Shown here: positions 14,265 through 28,838 of the stretch, piece by piece
Layout of the letters: each line of letters begins with the position of its first letter
How positions within the stretch are numbered: position 1 is the first letter of the stretch
NCBI RefSeq assembly: GCF_009914755.1
Contig: NC_060926.1
Length of the DNA: 64,000 nt
Origin: the human T2T-CHM13v2.0 reference genome, Homo sapiens
Reading direction: 5' to 3' (one strand)
Program-made: the position numbers and the translations under genes
Notes under the pieces: model-generated
The model's database searches: none
What the model saw: only the letters and a program-made list of their open reading frames with translations
Told to the model about the DNA's origin: nothing

Positions 14265-16708
14265 TGTAAAGTTTAACTTTCCTTTGGTTTCATTAAAATT
14301 ATCTGAATGACCATTCTGTGAAAAGCAGACAAATATAACATACCTAGTCCTTACTTTCCCTTTTGGTAGAGTTCAGATGTACTCCCAGGACTTGTTACCA
14401 GTGTCTGTCAGGTGAGACACTCCAGTGATCAATTCAGCAAATCACAGTGACCACCTGTCTACCAATAGATCATAATTAGGTTGCAGGCGGAGGAGAGGGT
14501 GCCACCTATCTTCATGAAATCTCAGCTTGGAAGGGATTCTACTGGTTTCCAACCTGGTAATTCTCCACTTTTCTTATCCTAAAAACACACTTCAGGAGAA
14601 CACTCCCATGAGCATTACCCAGCAATGTAGAGTTTTTCACCTTTGTTCAAGAAAATATTTAGTAATGTAAGTGAATAGGAGTGGCGTTATAGTGATAACC
14701 CAGAATCTGGAGACAGTAAATCGTGTGCCTCAGTGTTTTATTATTGTACAGATCACTTGCAGCATACCTCACAGCTGACCTCAACGCTGAAGTGTGGGAA
14801 TGCCACAGTTGTCAGATCACTCTCTGGTTTTCGAATTACCTCCACTGCATCCACTTATGGAATGTCCAGACTGCATTTGAACTTTCTACCTTAGAGGCAA
14901 TTCATTCTGCCTTAAGATTGCTTGACTATTAGGAAATCCTTCCCTGTAATGATCTGAAACAGTGCTCTCTTCCTGTAATTTTCCACTCATTAGTCCCATT
15001 TATGCCTCTCGGGCCCCTATAGAACAAATCTAGTGTCTCATTTGACAACCTATCAGTTACTAGATAACAGTTATCATGTGTCTTCTGAGTCAAAAATTCT
15101 CAACTTAGCATCCTAAATATTCTTTGGTGTCCAGTGGGTTATGAGGTGTGAGCCCATCTCCCATGTCATGGAGTCACTTCTGCTTTTATGAAGTCTGAAG
15201 TACATGGCTACCTGTATCCAGACTGCGCCTCCCTGGCTATCAGGGCCTACTCTCTCCTTGCCAGTTCCTCCTTATTGGGCAGGACTGGGTTCAGAGTAAC
15301 AGCTACCCATTCTGTTCAATTAGTCAAGCATTGTGGCTTTGCCTTAGTCTCTGAGGGAAAATTGTCAGCCTGACAAGCTAGGACCTTTATTCGCTTTTCG
15401 TTGATTCAGGCTCCCAGCAGATCCTGCAGGAAATTGAACTTCACTTCTCCAGCATCTTGTTTCTCTAAAGTTGTATTCTCTAACATGTACTCTGCTGTTG
15501 AACTTACAGGGTTACCCTAGCCCGGCCTTAGAAATGAATGAATGGGAATGGGGAATGATGGTTAATGGGTTTCAGTTTCTTTTTGGGTGACGAAAATGTT
15601 CTGGAATTAGATAATTGATAGTTGCACAACTTTGTGGACATACCAAAAACCACTAGGGGAAAAGGAGTGAATGAATAAATGAATGAGAAGAAATAAACAT
15701 ATCCACTTATCCTTGAGGCTTTCTGGAAATTGGAGTTTACACCTTAACCACAGTTTAGCAGAGGTCTTTATGGAATGCCCAGCTGGCTATCATAGTCACA
15801 TCCCTCGTGTCCATCTCTCCTCCTTGCTGCTTTCCTCTCTGAACCATGAAACTACAGCCCCGGGTGCACAGCCCTCTGCTCTGCTGCCCGCTCACATTTC
15901 CCATCCCCACAGAGTGCAGCCCTCTGACTCAAAAAAAGAAGGGTCTGTCCCACTATCTGCATAGAAAATATTTGGTTAAGTTAGAACAGCATCCAGCCTA
16001 AGGGGCCTCTGGGGTGGACATTACCTACTGTGCTCAAGGAAGCACCAGTCTTCCTGCCTGGATTGTCTCTGCAGCCTGCCTGGTTGCATGACATTTTTTG
16101 GGGAGGATGGAGCAGACAGCTTTGTTCCTGGGAGCCCATAGCAATAAGGGAATAGAGTGAGAGTCTAGGAGCAGTGCCTGTAAGGATTTCAGAGAATTCC
16201 TAATAAACTCTCTGGCTCCCCAAATGGCTGTGTTTGTCACCTGCTGAGAATTTCCTATATTGACTGATCACCTTTGGAGGCAGTGAGGAAGTAGGAGCCA
16301 GAAATTCTTGTGTCCCCCTGTGTGCCAGGCTTTGGCTAGAAAACCTGAGGGATAGGATGGGGTGGTAGTTGTTTTAAAGAGCAAAGGGCTGAGATGAAGT
16401 CACTGGACCTGCTACTGGGAAGAAACGGGACATGTGAGAGCCCTGGGGCTTCTGAGTGAAAAGGTTCGTGCATGTCTCTAGCAGCCAGGCCAGACCCTCT
16501 TCCTGGGCTCTTTTCTCACCTCTGGGAAGACTCTTCCCCAGCAATCATTCACCCCAGCCCCTTTACATTTCCCTTTGCCCTGCTTCCTCCTCTTGCTGTA
16601 CCACCTGAAGTCTCCCTCATCCTATAAAACCTTCCTGTACTCTGCTCCAGCTCTAGAACTTTCACTTGTGTCTGTCAGGACACCTTGGAAGAGTTGTCTT
16701 TACTTGCT

Positions 16709-16746
16709 GTTGCTTTCTCACTTCCCGTTGCTTTCTCACTTCCCGT
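16709..16746 (+). repeat. Perfect 18-bp tandem duplication (gttgctttctcacttccc x2)
   Basis: Direct read. Confidence 0.9.
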
Positions 16747-17395
16747 GTATTCCTTATCCCTTTTACAGTGTGGCTTCAGAATGCTGGCTGCAACAGGTTG
16801 CCCCAGCCTCAGTTCACTAAGCATCTCTACAGCACTTGGCTCTTTAGTCTGCTATTCCTCCTTGAAATTCACTCACTCTTCCTTGGACTCAAAGGACCCT
16901 GCCTGCTCTTGGCTCTAAATGTGGGCTTTTCTTCTCCAGTCGCCTTTTTAACTCATCTTTCACTGCCCAGCCCTTCAGGCATCAGTGCCCCTCTCATGCT
17001 CTACAACCTTTGCACTTGGTGTCCCCTGTGCCTGGTTTCCCCTTTCCCTGCAAAGCCACATGGCTGACCTCTCCCTTTCAGGTTTGATTGGTCACCTTCT
17101 CCGTGAAGCCTCCCTAGCCATTCTGCCTCTGATTCCACCCCTCTCACCTAGCCACCTTTCCATTTTTTTTTTCTCACCACTCATCACTTGCTAACTAACA
17201 TAGGTCAAAGGTGGCTTTTTTCTTTGCTTTTAAGATGCAAGATATTTGATATGTTTATGTTGAGAACTAGGAGATGACAGAGAAGGAAAAGTTGAAAACA
17301 CAGGCATGAGAAGAGTTGATCGTTTTGCAGGGTCTTGAAGAAGAAGGTGGGAGATGAATCAGAGCATAAGTGGAAGGTAAGGCCAAGGAAGAACA

Positions 17396-17721
<326 letters not shown>

Positions 17722-17919
17722 ACAACACCTCTTTCTATGAGACAGAGAGGCAAGACATAGTTGATGGGTCCCTGCTGATGAGGGATCACACCTGGCCATA
17801 CCTGCTTCCACTGTGAAGTAGAAAGCCGAATGCTGCTGAGAGGGCTGACGGAGTGGTGAAGGAGATAGTCTGAGTGGGAAAAAACAACACAGACTGCCTT
17901 TCCCCTGCTGCCACCCTGC

Positions 17920-18870
17920 AACAATCAACACAGAAGACTGCTATGACCAAATACTTGGGTGCTTTTTTGCCATACACCAAGCAAGCAATTAGTTCTGCAG
18001 CATATGCCAGCAGGTTGTCCTCCAATTCAGTTCTGATATTCTCCGCCTGGAGATAGCATCAGATTCCAAAGATTGAGCACCTGGTCCCACAAGACTGCCT
18101 CACGCTTCTGATGCCAATTGCAGGCTCCAGGGTGGTTTACTGGTGATTCTGACTGACCAGCTATAAGTTTGGGATCCTGCAACCCCCTCCTTGAGTTTCA
18201 TAAATTTGCTAGAGTGGCTCACGGAAAACTCAGGGAAACGCTTAAGTTTAGTGGTTTATTACAAAAGATATTGCAAAGGATCCAGATAAACAGTTGCCTA
18301 GGGCGAGGTATGGGGGAAGGGATGTGGAGCTTCCATGCCTTCCCCAGGCATGCCACCCTCCAGGAACCTGCATGTGTTCAGCTCTCCAGAACCTCTCTGA
18401 ACCCTGTCCTATTGGGCCTTTTATGGAGGCTTCATTCGATAGGCATGATTGAAGCATGGACACCCATGTAGAAATGTGATTGGGCAAAAAGCGTTTGATC
18501 TCAGTGACAGACTGAATGGAGAAACCCAGCAAGGCCTGTGCAGATGCTTCTTGGCCTCTCTGTGCAGCATTCCCTCTTCCAGGATATAGGGCAGGACCCC
18601 TTTTAAAATGGAAGTCTTCCAACCCACAATCAGGCAAGGTAGGTCAGAGAACATTTTAATGGGAAGAGGGGAAGATTAGAGTCCTGCCTTGGGGAGAAAA
18701 AGAAGCGGGTGAAAGGAGGGCAGGAGAAAGTCAGAGAGATTCAGTGGCCTAAAGCTCTCCAACATTTTAACAAAAGACTGTAATAAGGGCTGTAGGAGTC
18801 ATAAGCGAGGAACCGCGGATGAACACGCATGCTCACACACACATATATGTCCATGTCACGTGCACATCAC
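17920..18870 (-). mobile_element. Solo LTR, MER21-like
   Basis: acaccaagcaagcaatt..ttctgcagc, cctggagatagcatcagatt, gtcccacaagactgcc and gctagagtggctcac..aaactcagggaaac resemble the MER21 consensus as I recall it. Ends ...atcaca. Confidence 0.75.
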
Positions 18871-19046
18871 AGATAGTATAGAGAACTGACCAGGAATCCA
18901 TCAGACAAAGCATTGGCAAACACTGCTCAGGTATGTCTGGGTTTGAATCCTACAAAGTCTGGAGGATAATAAGATTTTTCTTCAGTAATTCTCAGCCTCC
19001 GAGGTGTGGGAACAGAGGTTGCAGTGATCCATTCTTGGAGGTTTCA

Positions 19047-19140
19047 GGCCGGGTGTGGTGGCTCACACCTGTAATCTTAGCACTTTGGGAGGCCGAGGTG
19101 GGAGGATCATTTGAGGCCAGGAGTTCAAGACCAAACTTGG
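19047..19140 (+). mobile_element. Alu left-arm fragment (FLAM/AluJ-like)
   Basis: ggccgggtgtggtggctcacacctgtaatc...gaggccaggagttcaagacc. Confidence 0.88.
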
Positions 19141-19855
19141 GAGTTTCCTGGGAGGGAGAGCTGGAGGGGCAGCAGGACAAGGGTCCCTCTGAGCCTGTTT
19201 CTTCTCCGCCTCTTGCTTTTATGATGGCATCAGCTGGCGTCTAATCAACCAAGGTTTTACAAAGTAATCTTGGAATCACATTTGATTCCTTTTCCTCTCC
19301 AGACTGTTGTCATGGTCTTTTCAGTAATTTCCCTCCCTCCTCACTGTCTCCCGTCCACCTTGCTGTCTAGTTATCTTTCCTACGTGGCACGCACAAGGAC
19401 CAGATCATGTAGCTTTTCTGTTTGAAAACCTGCTTGTACCTATGGGTTAGGTCTGCAGTTCTTTAGCAGACCTTTGTTACCAAAGCCCTGTAAGATGAGT
19501 CCTCAGCCTCCTCTCCTGCCACCCCACTTCCCAGCGCTGCTTCCCTTAACACACGCACAGTGGGGGCTGGTCACTGCAGGCTCTGCTGATCTCCTGTGCC
19601 CTTTCCTGCCTCCAGGCCTCTGCCTGCTCCTTTCCCTCTGCTTACAAGGTCTTGCCTCCCTGCCTCCTTCTGTCAGATGAAATCGCCTTCTAAGAACAAC
19701 ATAAACCTCCGCAGAACTTTCCTTTCCTCCTAGCAGAATGCATTGTTTCTGTTTCTCCTACCAGCAAGTATTCTTCATGTCTTGGATATAGCAATAACCA
19801 TCATTACTTCTGGATTTAATTCCCTTTTTTGCTTATTTCCTAAGAGCAGGGTGTT

Positions 19856-19903
19856 CCTTGGATATCTCTACTTCCTGAGTACCTTGGATATCTCTACTTC
19901 CTG
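19856..19903 (+). repeat. 22-bp direct repeat ccttggatatctctacttcctg x2 (period 26)
   Basis: Copies at 19856-19877 and 19882-19903. Confidence 0.9.
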
Positions 19904-20571
19904 GTTGCTACCCTGCATTTTAAAATTGTTTGGTCTAGTCAGATCTAGCCAGGCAACCTATTGCATACCTTCAGTGTTTCACTCCTTTTTCTGGTTCTTG
20001 CCTTGCCCCTTTATTTCCATGTACTTCTGTCCTTGTTTTGTGGGTTGCCTGTGGGTTTATATCCTGACATATAAGTCTCATCCACTTTCTCTCCTAAAAT
20101 AAGTCTGTTTCTTTGGAATTGGGCATACCTTTCCCTTATTCCATTCAAGTGTTTCACTCCATCTGTCATGTCTCAGTGGTACCTATAAGATCACTGGGTT
20201 TATCTTATGTTCATGCTGCTGTTACTTCAGCTCTGTGAATTGGCCCACGTGAGGCTCACTTCCTTCCTCTTATTTCCTTGCCAGGTGTCTTGCGTGGTCT
20301 GCACTGCTCTTCCCTTTTCATCCCTACAGGCTTCCACAGCAACTCATGTCTTCATTTTATCTTGTCATTTCCTCCACCTCCCTCCTGCCTGTATCCTTGC
20401 TATTTTCAAATTCAATAAGTGCTGATTTTCTGATAAAATTAACTTCCTGAATGAACCCTAACATGGTAGTAAAACAAAATTTGTGATCTAAAAGCCAAAT
20501 GTTTTTTCCCTTTAGTTATATTGGCAAATAGTCTTACTAGTTAAGAAATGCCTTTAAACACCAAGTACAGT

Positions 20572-20940
<369 letters not shown>

Positions 20941-20969
20941 ACCAAGTATCTCTTCAGTGGCAGTGCTCA

Positions 20970-21377
<408 letters not shown>

Positions 21378-21393
21378 TTAGAGTTTATTTTTA

Positions 21394-21696
21394 GGCTGGG
21401 CATGGTGGCTCATTCCTGTAATCCCAGCACTTTGGGAGGCTGAGGCGGGTGGATCACCTGATGTCAGGAGTTGGAGACCAGCCTGGCCAACATGGAGAAA
21501 CCCCGTCTCTACTAAAAAATACAAAATTAGCCGGTGTGCTGGCACATACCTGTAGTCCCAGCTACTCGGGAGGCTGAGGCAGGAGAATTGCTTGAATCCA
21601 GGAGGCGGAGGCTACAGTGAGCCAAGATCGTGCCACTGTGCTCCAGCCTGGGTGACAGAACAAGACTTCATCTCAAAAAAAAAAAAAAAAAAAAAA
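21394..21696 (+). mobile_element. Alu (AluSx-like)
   Basis: Full-length consensus, poly-A tail, degenerate TSD agttt(a/g)ttttta. Confidence 0.95.
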
Positions 21697-22097
21697 GTTT
21701 GTTTTTAATTTTCATCTCTTGGGAATGTAGTTGGGAGGTTAAATTGGTATATGGAGATAATGCCAAGGGACCGGAATTCAGAAATCAGGTGACAGTTTAA
21801 AAATGAAAGTCAACTTTATATGTAGATTTTAAGCATCGTTTTTTGTTAAATTAAATGGTGCATGTAGATCTTATTTTTAAGCTACATATGTTTATGTTTC
21901 CAGCAGCTAACAGATTAAACTTTCCTAATTAAATGTGAGGTGCTTCCCATGGTACAGTCTTCAATTTTCAGGAAGGGCATCCTTTTGAAATGCAGCATTT
22001 CAGGATTCAGCTCACTGAAGAGGATAAAATCTGCGCTTTGTATTTTAGAGGGGAACCCTGATCACTCATCAGTAGATCTTGGAAAAGAAAAATTCCA

Positions 22098-23000
<903 letters not shown>

Positions 23001-23003
23001 TAA

Positions 23004-23356
<353 letters not shown>

Positions 23357-24382
23357 TAACTGTCCTTGTTGTATGATCATTTTTTACTGAATTGTACCTT
23401 GACTCAAAAAATCCAAATAACTGAATAGTCATGCGAGGGCTCTGGCATGGAAGTGGGCTTCTGGGATGCTTGCCAATGAGTTCCTTTTTGAGGACACAGA
23501 ATCTAAGTGGAAAGATTAAGTGGAGAGGCAGCTCCACCCTCTAAGTCTTATTCCTATGTTCCATTCAAATCTTGCTAGCTTGATTTCTGTGGGGTCTGGG
23601 CTTTGGAAATTCTCTTTTTCATGGATGTCTCAGTGCACCTTGTTAAACCGAATTTGGACTGTTGTGTGTTCATCAGCTTCCAGCTCTACTGATTGGTTCC
23701 AGTTTCCTTGCTCATGAAAGCCAAGATAATCTGGCACCCACCAGTCAGGCATCCTCAAGTATCTGGCACCAAGGTAAACCTGGAAGCCAGTTAAGAAGTC
23801 CCAGTGATCCAACACACTCACTGCTTGATGAGAGACAGTTGTGGTACACCAGAAAGAGCACTGCAATAGGAGCAGGAGAACTGGGTTCTTGTCTCATCTT
23901 TGCCTCTACTGCATCATGGAAATTTGGGCATTTCTGTGATTTCTCTGAAATTCTCTTTCCTCAGCTATAAAATGGTGGTTTGAACTAGACAGTTTCTCAA
24001 GTGTCTTCCAGTTCCAAATTATTGAGTATATGAAAAACTAAAAGAGCTAAGCTTCATTTATGCCTATTGTTGCGTAAACACAACTTAGCTTTAAAAATAT
24101 TTACAGTAACTACCTCAAGTTGCATATACTTCTGATCCTTTTCCACAAAAGTAGTTTGTATAACAACAAAATGAGAAGGGACACAGTCCGTATTCCAGAG
24201 GAGAGAATTAACCTCTTCTTACCTCAATGTTCCCTGACATCAAGGGGGATAATAATATCTAACTCAGAATTATGGGGAAGACTAAATGAGATAATCCCTG
24301 GCACTTAGAATGGTGCTAGACAAAAAGTAAGTGTTTAGTGAAAGTTATTATTAATATAAAATTAGAAAGATTAAAATTTGCA

Positions 24383-24665
24383 TGGGCCACAGTGGCTCAC
24401 GCCTGTAATCCAACACTTTGGGAGGACGAGATGGGAGGATTGCTTGAGTCCAGGAATTTGAGACCAGCCTTGGCAACATGGTGAAACCCCATCTCTACAA
24501 AAATTACAACAATTAGCTGGATGTGGTGGTGCACGTCTATAGTCCTAGTTACTCAAGAAGCTGAGAGGTGGGAGGATCGTTTGAGCCCAGGATGTCAAGG
24601 CTGCGGTGAGTCATGATCGCACCACACTGTCCTCCAGCCTGGGCGACAGAGTGAGACCAAAAAAA
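24383..24665 (+). mobile_element. Alu (AluJ-like)
   Basis: Alu consensus with short A tail. Confidence 0.92.
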
Positions 24666-24719
24666 TTGCCATGGAATTGTAGTAAGGGTTATGCTGAAAT
24701 AATAAATGTTCAGCTGCTG

Positions 24720-26780
24720 CTCAGAAGTCAAGGTAAGACTAGAATAGAGAATACAGAAACAGACCCACATATATATACAACCACATGGTTTTTAGCAAAG
24801 ATGTTACTGCTGTGTAGTGAGGAAAAGATGGTTTTATCAATAAATGGTACTAGACTGGTTGGATATCCATATGGGGGAAAAATTGGTTTTGACCCCTACT
24901 TTATACCACACATAAAAATGAATTCCATGTGGCTCATAGATCTGAGTATGAAAGTAACACATTAGCACTTCTAAAGATAACATAAGAAAAATAACCTTAT
25001 GACCTTGGTGTAGGCAAAGATTTTTTAAGTGGAGCACAAAAAGCATAAGCTTTAAAGGAAAAGACTGATAAATTAGATTTTATTAAAATTAAGAACATCC
25101 ATTCATCAAAAGACATCATTAAGATTGTTGAAAAGGGTGCAGTGGTTCATGTCCATAATCCCACCACTTTGGAAGGTGCAGGCAGGTGGATCCCTTGAGG
25201 TTAGGAGTTCGACACCAGCCTGGTCAACATGGTAAAAACCTCTTTCTACTAAAAATACAAAAATTAGCCAGGCATGGTCATACACGCCTGTAATCCCAGC
25301 TACTCGGGAGGCTGAGGCATGAGAATCATTTGACCTGGGAGGTGGAGGTTGCAGTGCGTTGAGATTGCACCACTGCATTCCAGCCTGGGCAACTGAGTGA
25401 GACTCTGTCTTTAAAAAAAAAAAAAAAAGAAAAAAAATTGTTGAAAAGGCAAGCCACAGAGTGGGAGAAGATATTTGTAATACATATATCCAGCATATGA
25501 CTCTTACCAATATATTATATAAAGACTTGAAGAGGCACTTCATAAAAGAAGATAACCAATGGTCAAACACATGAAAATATCTTAAGTCCAGGGGGAAAAT
25601 GGAGATGAAAACCACAATAAGATACTATTATGTTCCCACCACAATAGCTAAAAGTTTTTAAAGCTGACAATGTTAGGGAGGGTGTGGAGCAATTACAACT
25701 CTCATATACTGCTAGTAGGAGTCTAAGTTGCCACAACTACTTTGGGAAACCATTGTACAATATGTAATAAAGCTGGGTGGATTCATAACTCATGGCCCAG
25801 CAGTTTTAGTCTTAAGTATATACCCCATAGAAAGGTGTATATATGTACAGGAACGTTCATAGCACCATCACTCATAATAGCAAAAAACCAAAAACAATCT
25901 AAGTGCCTGATAACAATAAAATTAATAAATTGGGGTATACTCTTACAATGGAATATTATATAGCAACAGAGTGAAGCAAATTCAAAACACAACATGATGA
26001 ATATCAAAAACGCTGTGTTGAGCAAAATAAGCCAGACAAAAAATAGATATATACCATATGAATCTAGTTATGTAAAATACAAAGAAAGGTGAAACTGATC
26101 AGTGATTATATAGAGGTCAGAAAAGTAATTATCTTTGGTGAGTGTAAAGACTGGGAGGAGGCATGAGAAAAGCTTCTGGAATTCTGCATACATTCTATTT
26201 CTTGGAACTGGGTGGTGGTTACCTAAGTATATTTACTTTGTAAAACTTCATTGAACTGTATGCTTAATGCTTGTATACTTTATGTATTTCATGCCTTAAT
26301 AAAAAATTTTATTTTAAAAAAATGAAGGAGTACAAAAAAAATGGAAACAACCCAAATGTGTCTGCAGCCAATGAATGGATAATTTAATATGGTATATCCA
26401 TATAATAGAATATTATTCATTCATAAAAAGAAACAAAGTACACGATACAACAGGGGTGAACCTTGAAAATAAACTAGGTGAAAGAAGACAACCATAAAAG
26501 AGCACTTTGTATGATTCCATTAATATGAGATGTCAGAACAGGTACATCTATAGAGACCAGAAATAGATTAGTAGTTGCCTGCGGCTGGGAAGGTTGGGAG
26601 GAAGTAGGGAGTGACTGTAAACAGATATGGGCTTTCTTTCTGGGGTGATGAAAATGTTCTAAAATTTATTGTAGTTGTGGTTGCACAACTTTGTGCCTAT
26701 ACTAAAAACCATTCAGTTGCACACTTTGAGTGAACTGTGTGGTATGTTAATGAAATCTCAATAAAGCTGTCATGAAACAA
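24720..26780 (+). mobile_element. L1M ORF2-end/3'UTR remnants (L1ME-like then L1MB-like), with an Alu inserted at 25135-25437
   Basis: gaaacagacccacatatata, ataaattagattttattaaaattaagaac, tggggtgatgaaaatgttctaaaatt and ctcaataaagctg are L1 3' motifs. Alu TSD ttgttgaaaagg. Confidence 0.85.
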
Positions 26781-26879
26781 AAAGTTAAGAGATACTGGTA
26801 ACTGTAATAATGATTGAAACATTGTTAATCATAGTCAGCCTTAGGAAAAGGCTGCACCACCATATGGTCCTTTGGTATG

Positions 26880-27060
26880 ATAGGTGAGCACATTGTTACT
26901 GGAGTCAGACAATGTTCTAATCCTGGCTTTGCCATTTACTGACTGTCTGACATTGGGCAAATCATTTAACCTCTCTGAGTCTGAATGTCTTCATCTGTAA
27001 AATGTAAATATTAATAGTACCTACCTCATAGAACTTTTGTGAAGATTATTCATTTAATCA
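26880..27060 (+). mobile_element. MIR
   Basis: ggagtcagac..aatcctggctttgccatttact..ttgggcaaatcatttaacctctctgagtct..catctgtaaaatg core. Confidence 0.8.
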
Positions 27061-27263
27061 AGAAATAGTTGAGTGTATTTATATGCCAGCCACAATGAAT
27101 AAAACTATTGTTATCATCCAGGAGCTATGGCATCTGAAGAGTCTTAACTCCATTTTAGTGAGAGAGGCTACAAGTGAACTTGAGCGTGTGTCATGAGGAC
27201 AGGACATCTTTCCCCTACTATACCACATCCATATCTATTACAAAATACAAAAGTCATGTTCAA

Positions 27264-27582
27264 GGCCAGGTGGGGTGGCTCACGCCTGTAACCCCAACAT
27301 TTTGGGAGGCCGAGGTGGGAGGATTGCTTGAGCCTAGGAGTTCGACCCCAGCCTGGGCATAGTGAGACCCCGTCTCTACAAAGAATTAAAAAATCAGCTG
27401 AGCATGATGGTGCTTGCCTGTAGTCTCAGCTGCTCAGGAGGCTGAAGTGGAAGGATCACTTGAGCCTGAGGAGGTGGAAGCTGCAGTGGGCCATGATCGT
27501 GCCACTGCACTCCAACTTGGGTGACAGAGCAAGACCCTGTCTCAAAAACAAACAAATAAGCAAAAACAAAAACAAAAAAAAA
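27264..27582 (+). mobile_element. Alu (AluJ-like)
   Basis: Full-length consensus, (CAAA)n-type tail. Confidence 0.94.
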
Positions 27583-27889
27583 CCCAGGAAATTGAGTTAT
27601 AACTAACTGATATATGGACAGCTCAGAAATAGAAAGTGACCAGTAGTTAAAAGACTACTTGACAAGGTTTTCATTTCAACAAATATTTATTGTTTCTGTA
27701 AAGGAATTACTTTCAGTCATGTTGAAAATCATACTATGTCTACTTACTTGTTCTACTTGTCAAAATGTTTGTTCTGCAGAATGAATGTGTAATCTTTTAA
27801 AATTAAATTGAGAGCGCTTGTAGTCTACAGGTGTTGAAAAAGAAGCAAGTATGAGTTTGTCAAGAACCCGATGCTGAGGGGCGAGTCTC

Positions 27890-28070
27890 CATAATGCAGT
27901 GGTTAGGAGCTCCAGTTTTGGAGTCAGACCTTGACACAAGGTGTCTGACCTCCCTGGGTCTCAGTGTCTTTATCTGTAGAAAGAGATGCGTCTCATAGCA
28001 TTGGAAGATTAAATGAATTAATATAATGAAGTGCTTTAAAAAGTAAGCAGTCAATATGCCGTTATTATGA
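27890..28070 (+). mobile_element. MIR
   Basis: gcagtggttaggagc..ttggagtcagacct..ctcagtgtctttatctgta..gattaaatgaattaat. Confidence 0.7.
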
Positions 28071-28541
28071 GACCACCAGTATGGTGGATTCTCATACCAC
28101 AGGCATACATAAATTATGTATATAATTTCTTGTTAACTTTTGTGACGTCTTGGGGAGTCAGAAATGGTTTCCCTTTCATGCAAATAAATTAATAAGTGAA
28201 ACTGAGTGATTGGATCCAAAAGAGCTAATTGGGCATGGTGAGAAAATAATAACCCAAAAGGTATCTCCAGTGTGAGAGAAAAGCCACTAAGGGTTTTTGT
28301 CACCGGAATATAAAGCAGTGAGCTTTTGCCTTTCAGAATTCTAGGTAAATATGAAAGTTGTTTCAATTTCTGATGTAAGGAATGCTGGGATTGGATTAAG
28401 CAGTTAACAGTTAACGTTTAGTTTATAGGCATTTTAATACACATAGTTGTTTTATATTTCTTTAAAACATTGAAAATTATATATCTCTTGTATATTTGGC
28501 TGGTAGAGACTAGTAATTATGTCTTGTTAATAGAGGGACTA

Positions 28542-28838
28542 TTTTTGTTTGTTTGTTTGAGATGGAGTTTTGCTCTTGTTGCCCAGGTTGGAGTGCGATG
28601 GTGCTATCTTGGCTTACGGCAACCTCCGCCTCCCGGTTCAAGCGATTCTCCTGCCTCAGCCTCCTGAGTAGCTGGGATTACAGGCATGCACCACCAGGCC
28701 CGGCTAATTTTGTGTTTTTAGTAGAGATGGGGTTTCTCTATGTTGGTCAGGCTAGTCTCCAACTCCTGACCTCAGGTGATCCACCCGCCTCAGCTTCCCA
28801 AACTGCTGGGATTATAGGCGTGAGCCACCACACCCGGC
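28542..28838 (-). mobile_element. Alu (AluSq/Sp-like)
   Basis: Reverse consensus with gctcttgttgcccagg. Confidence 0.95.
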
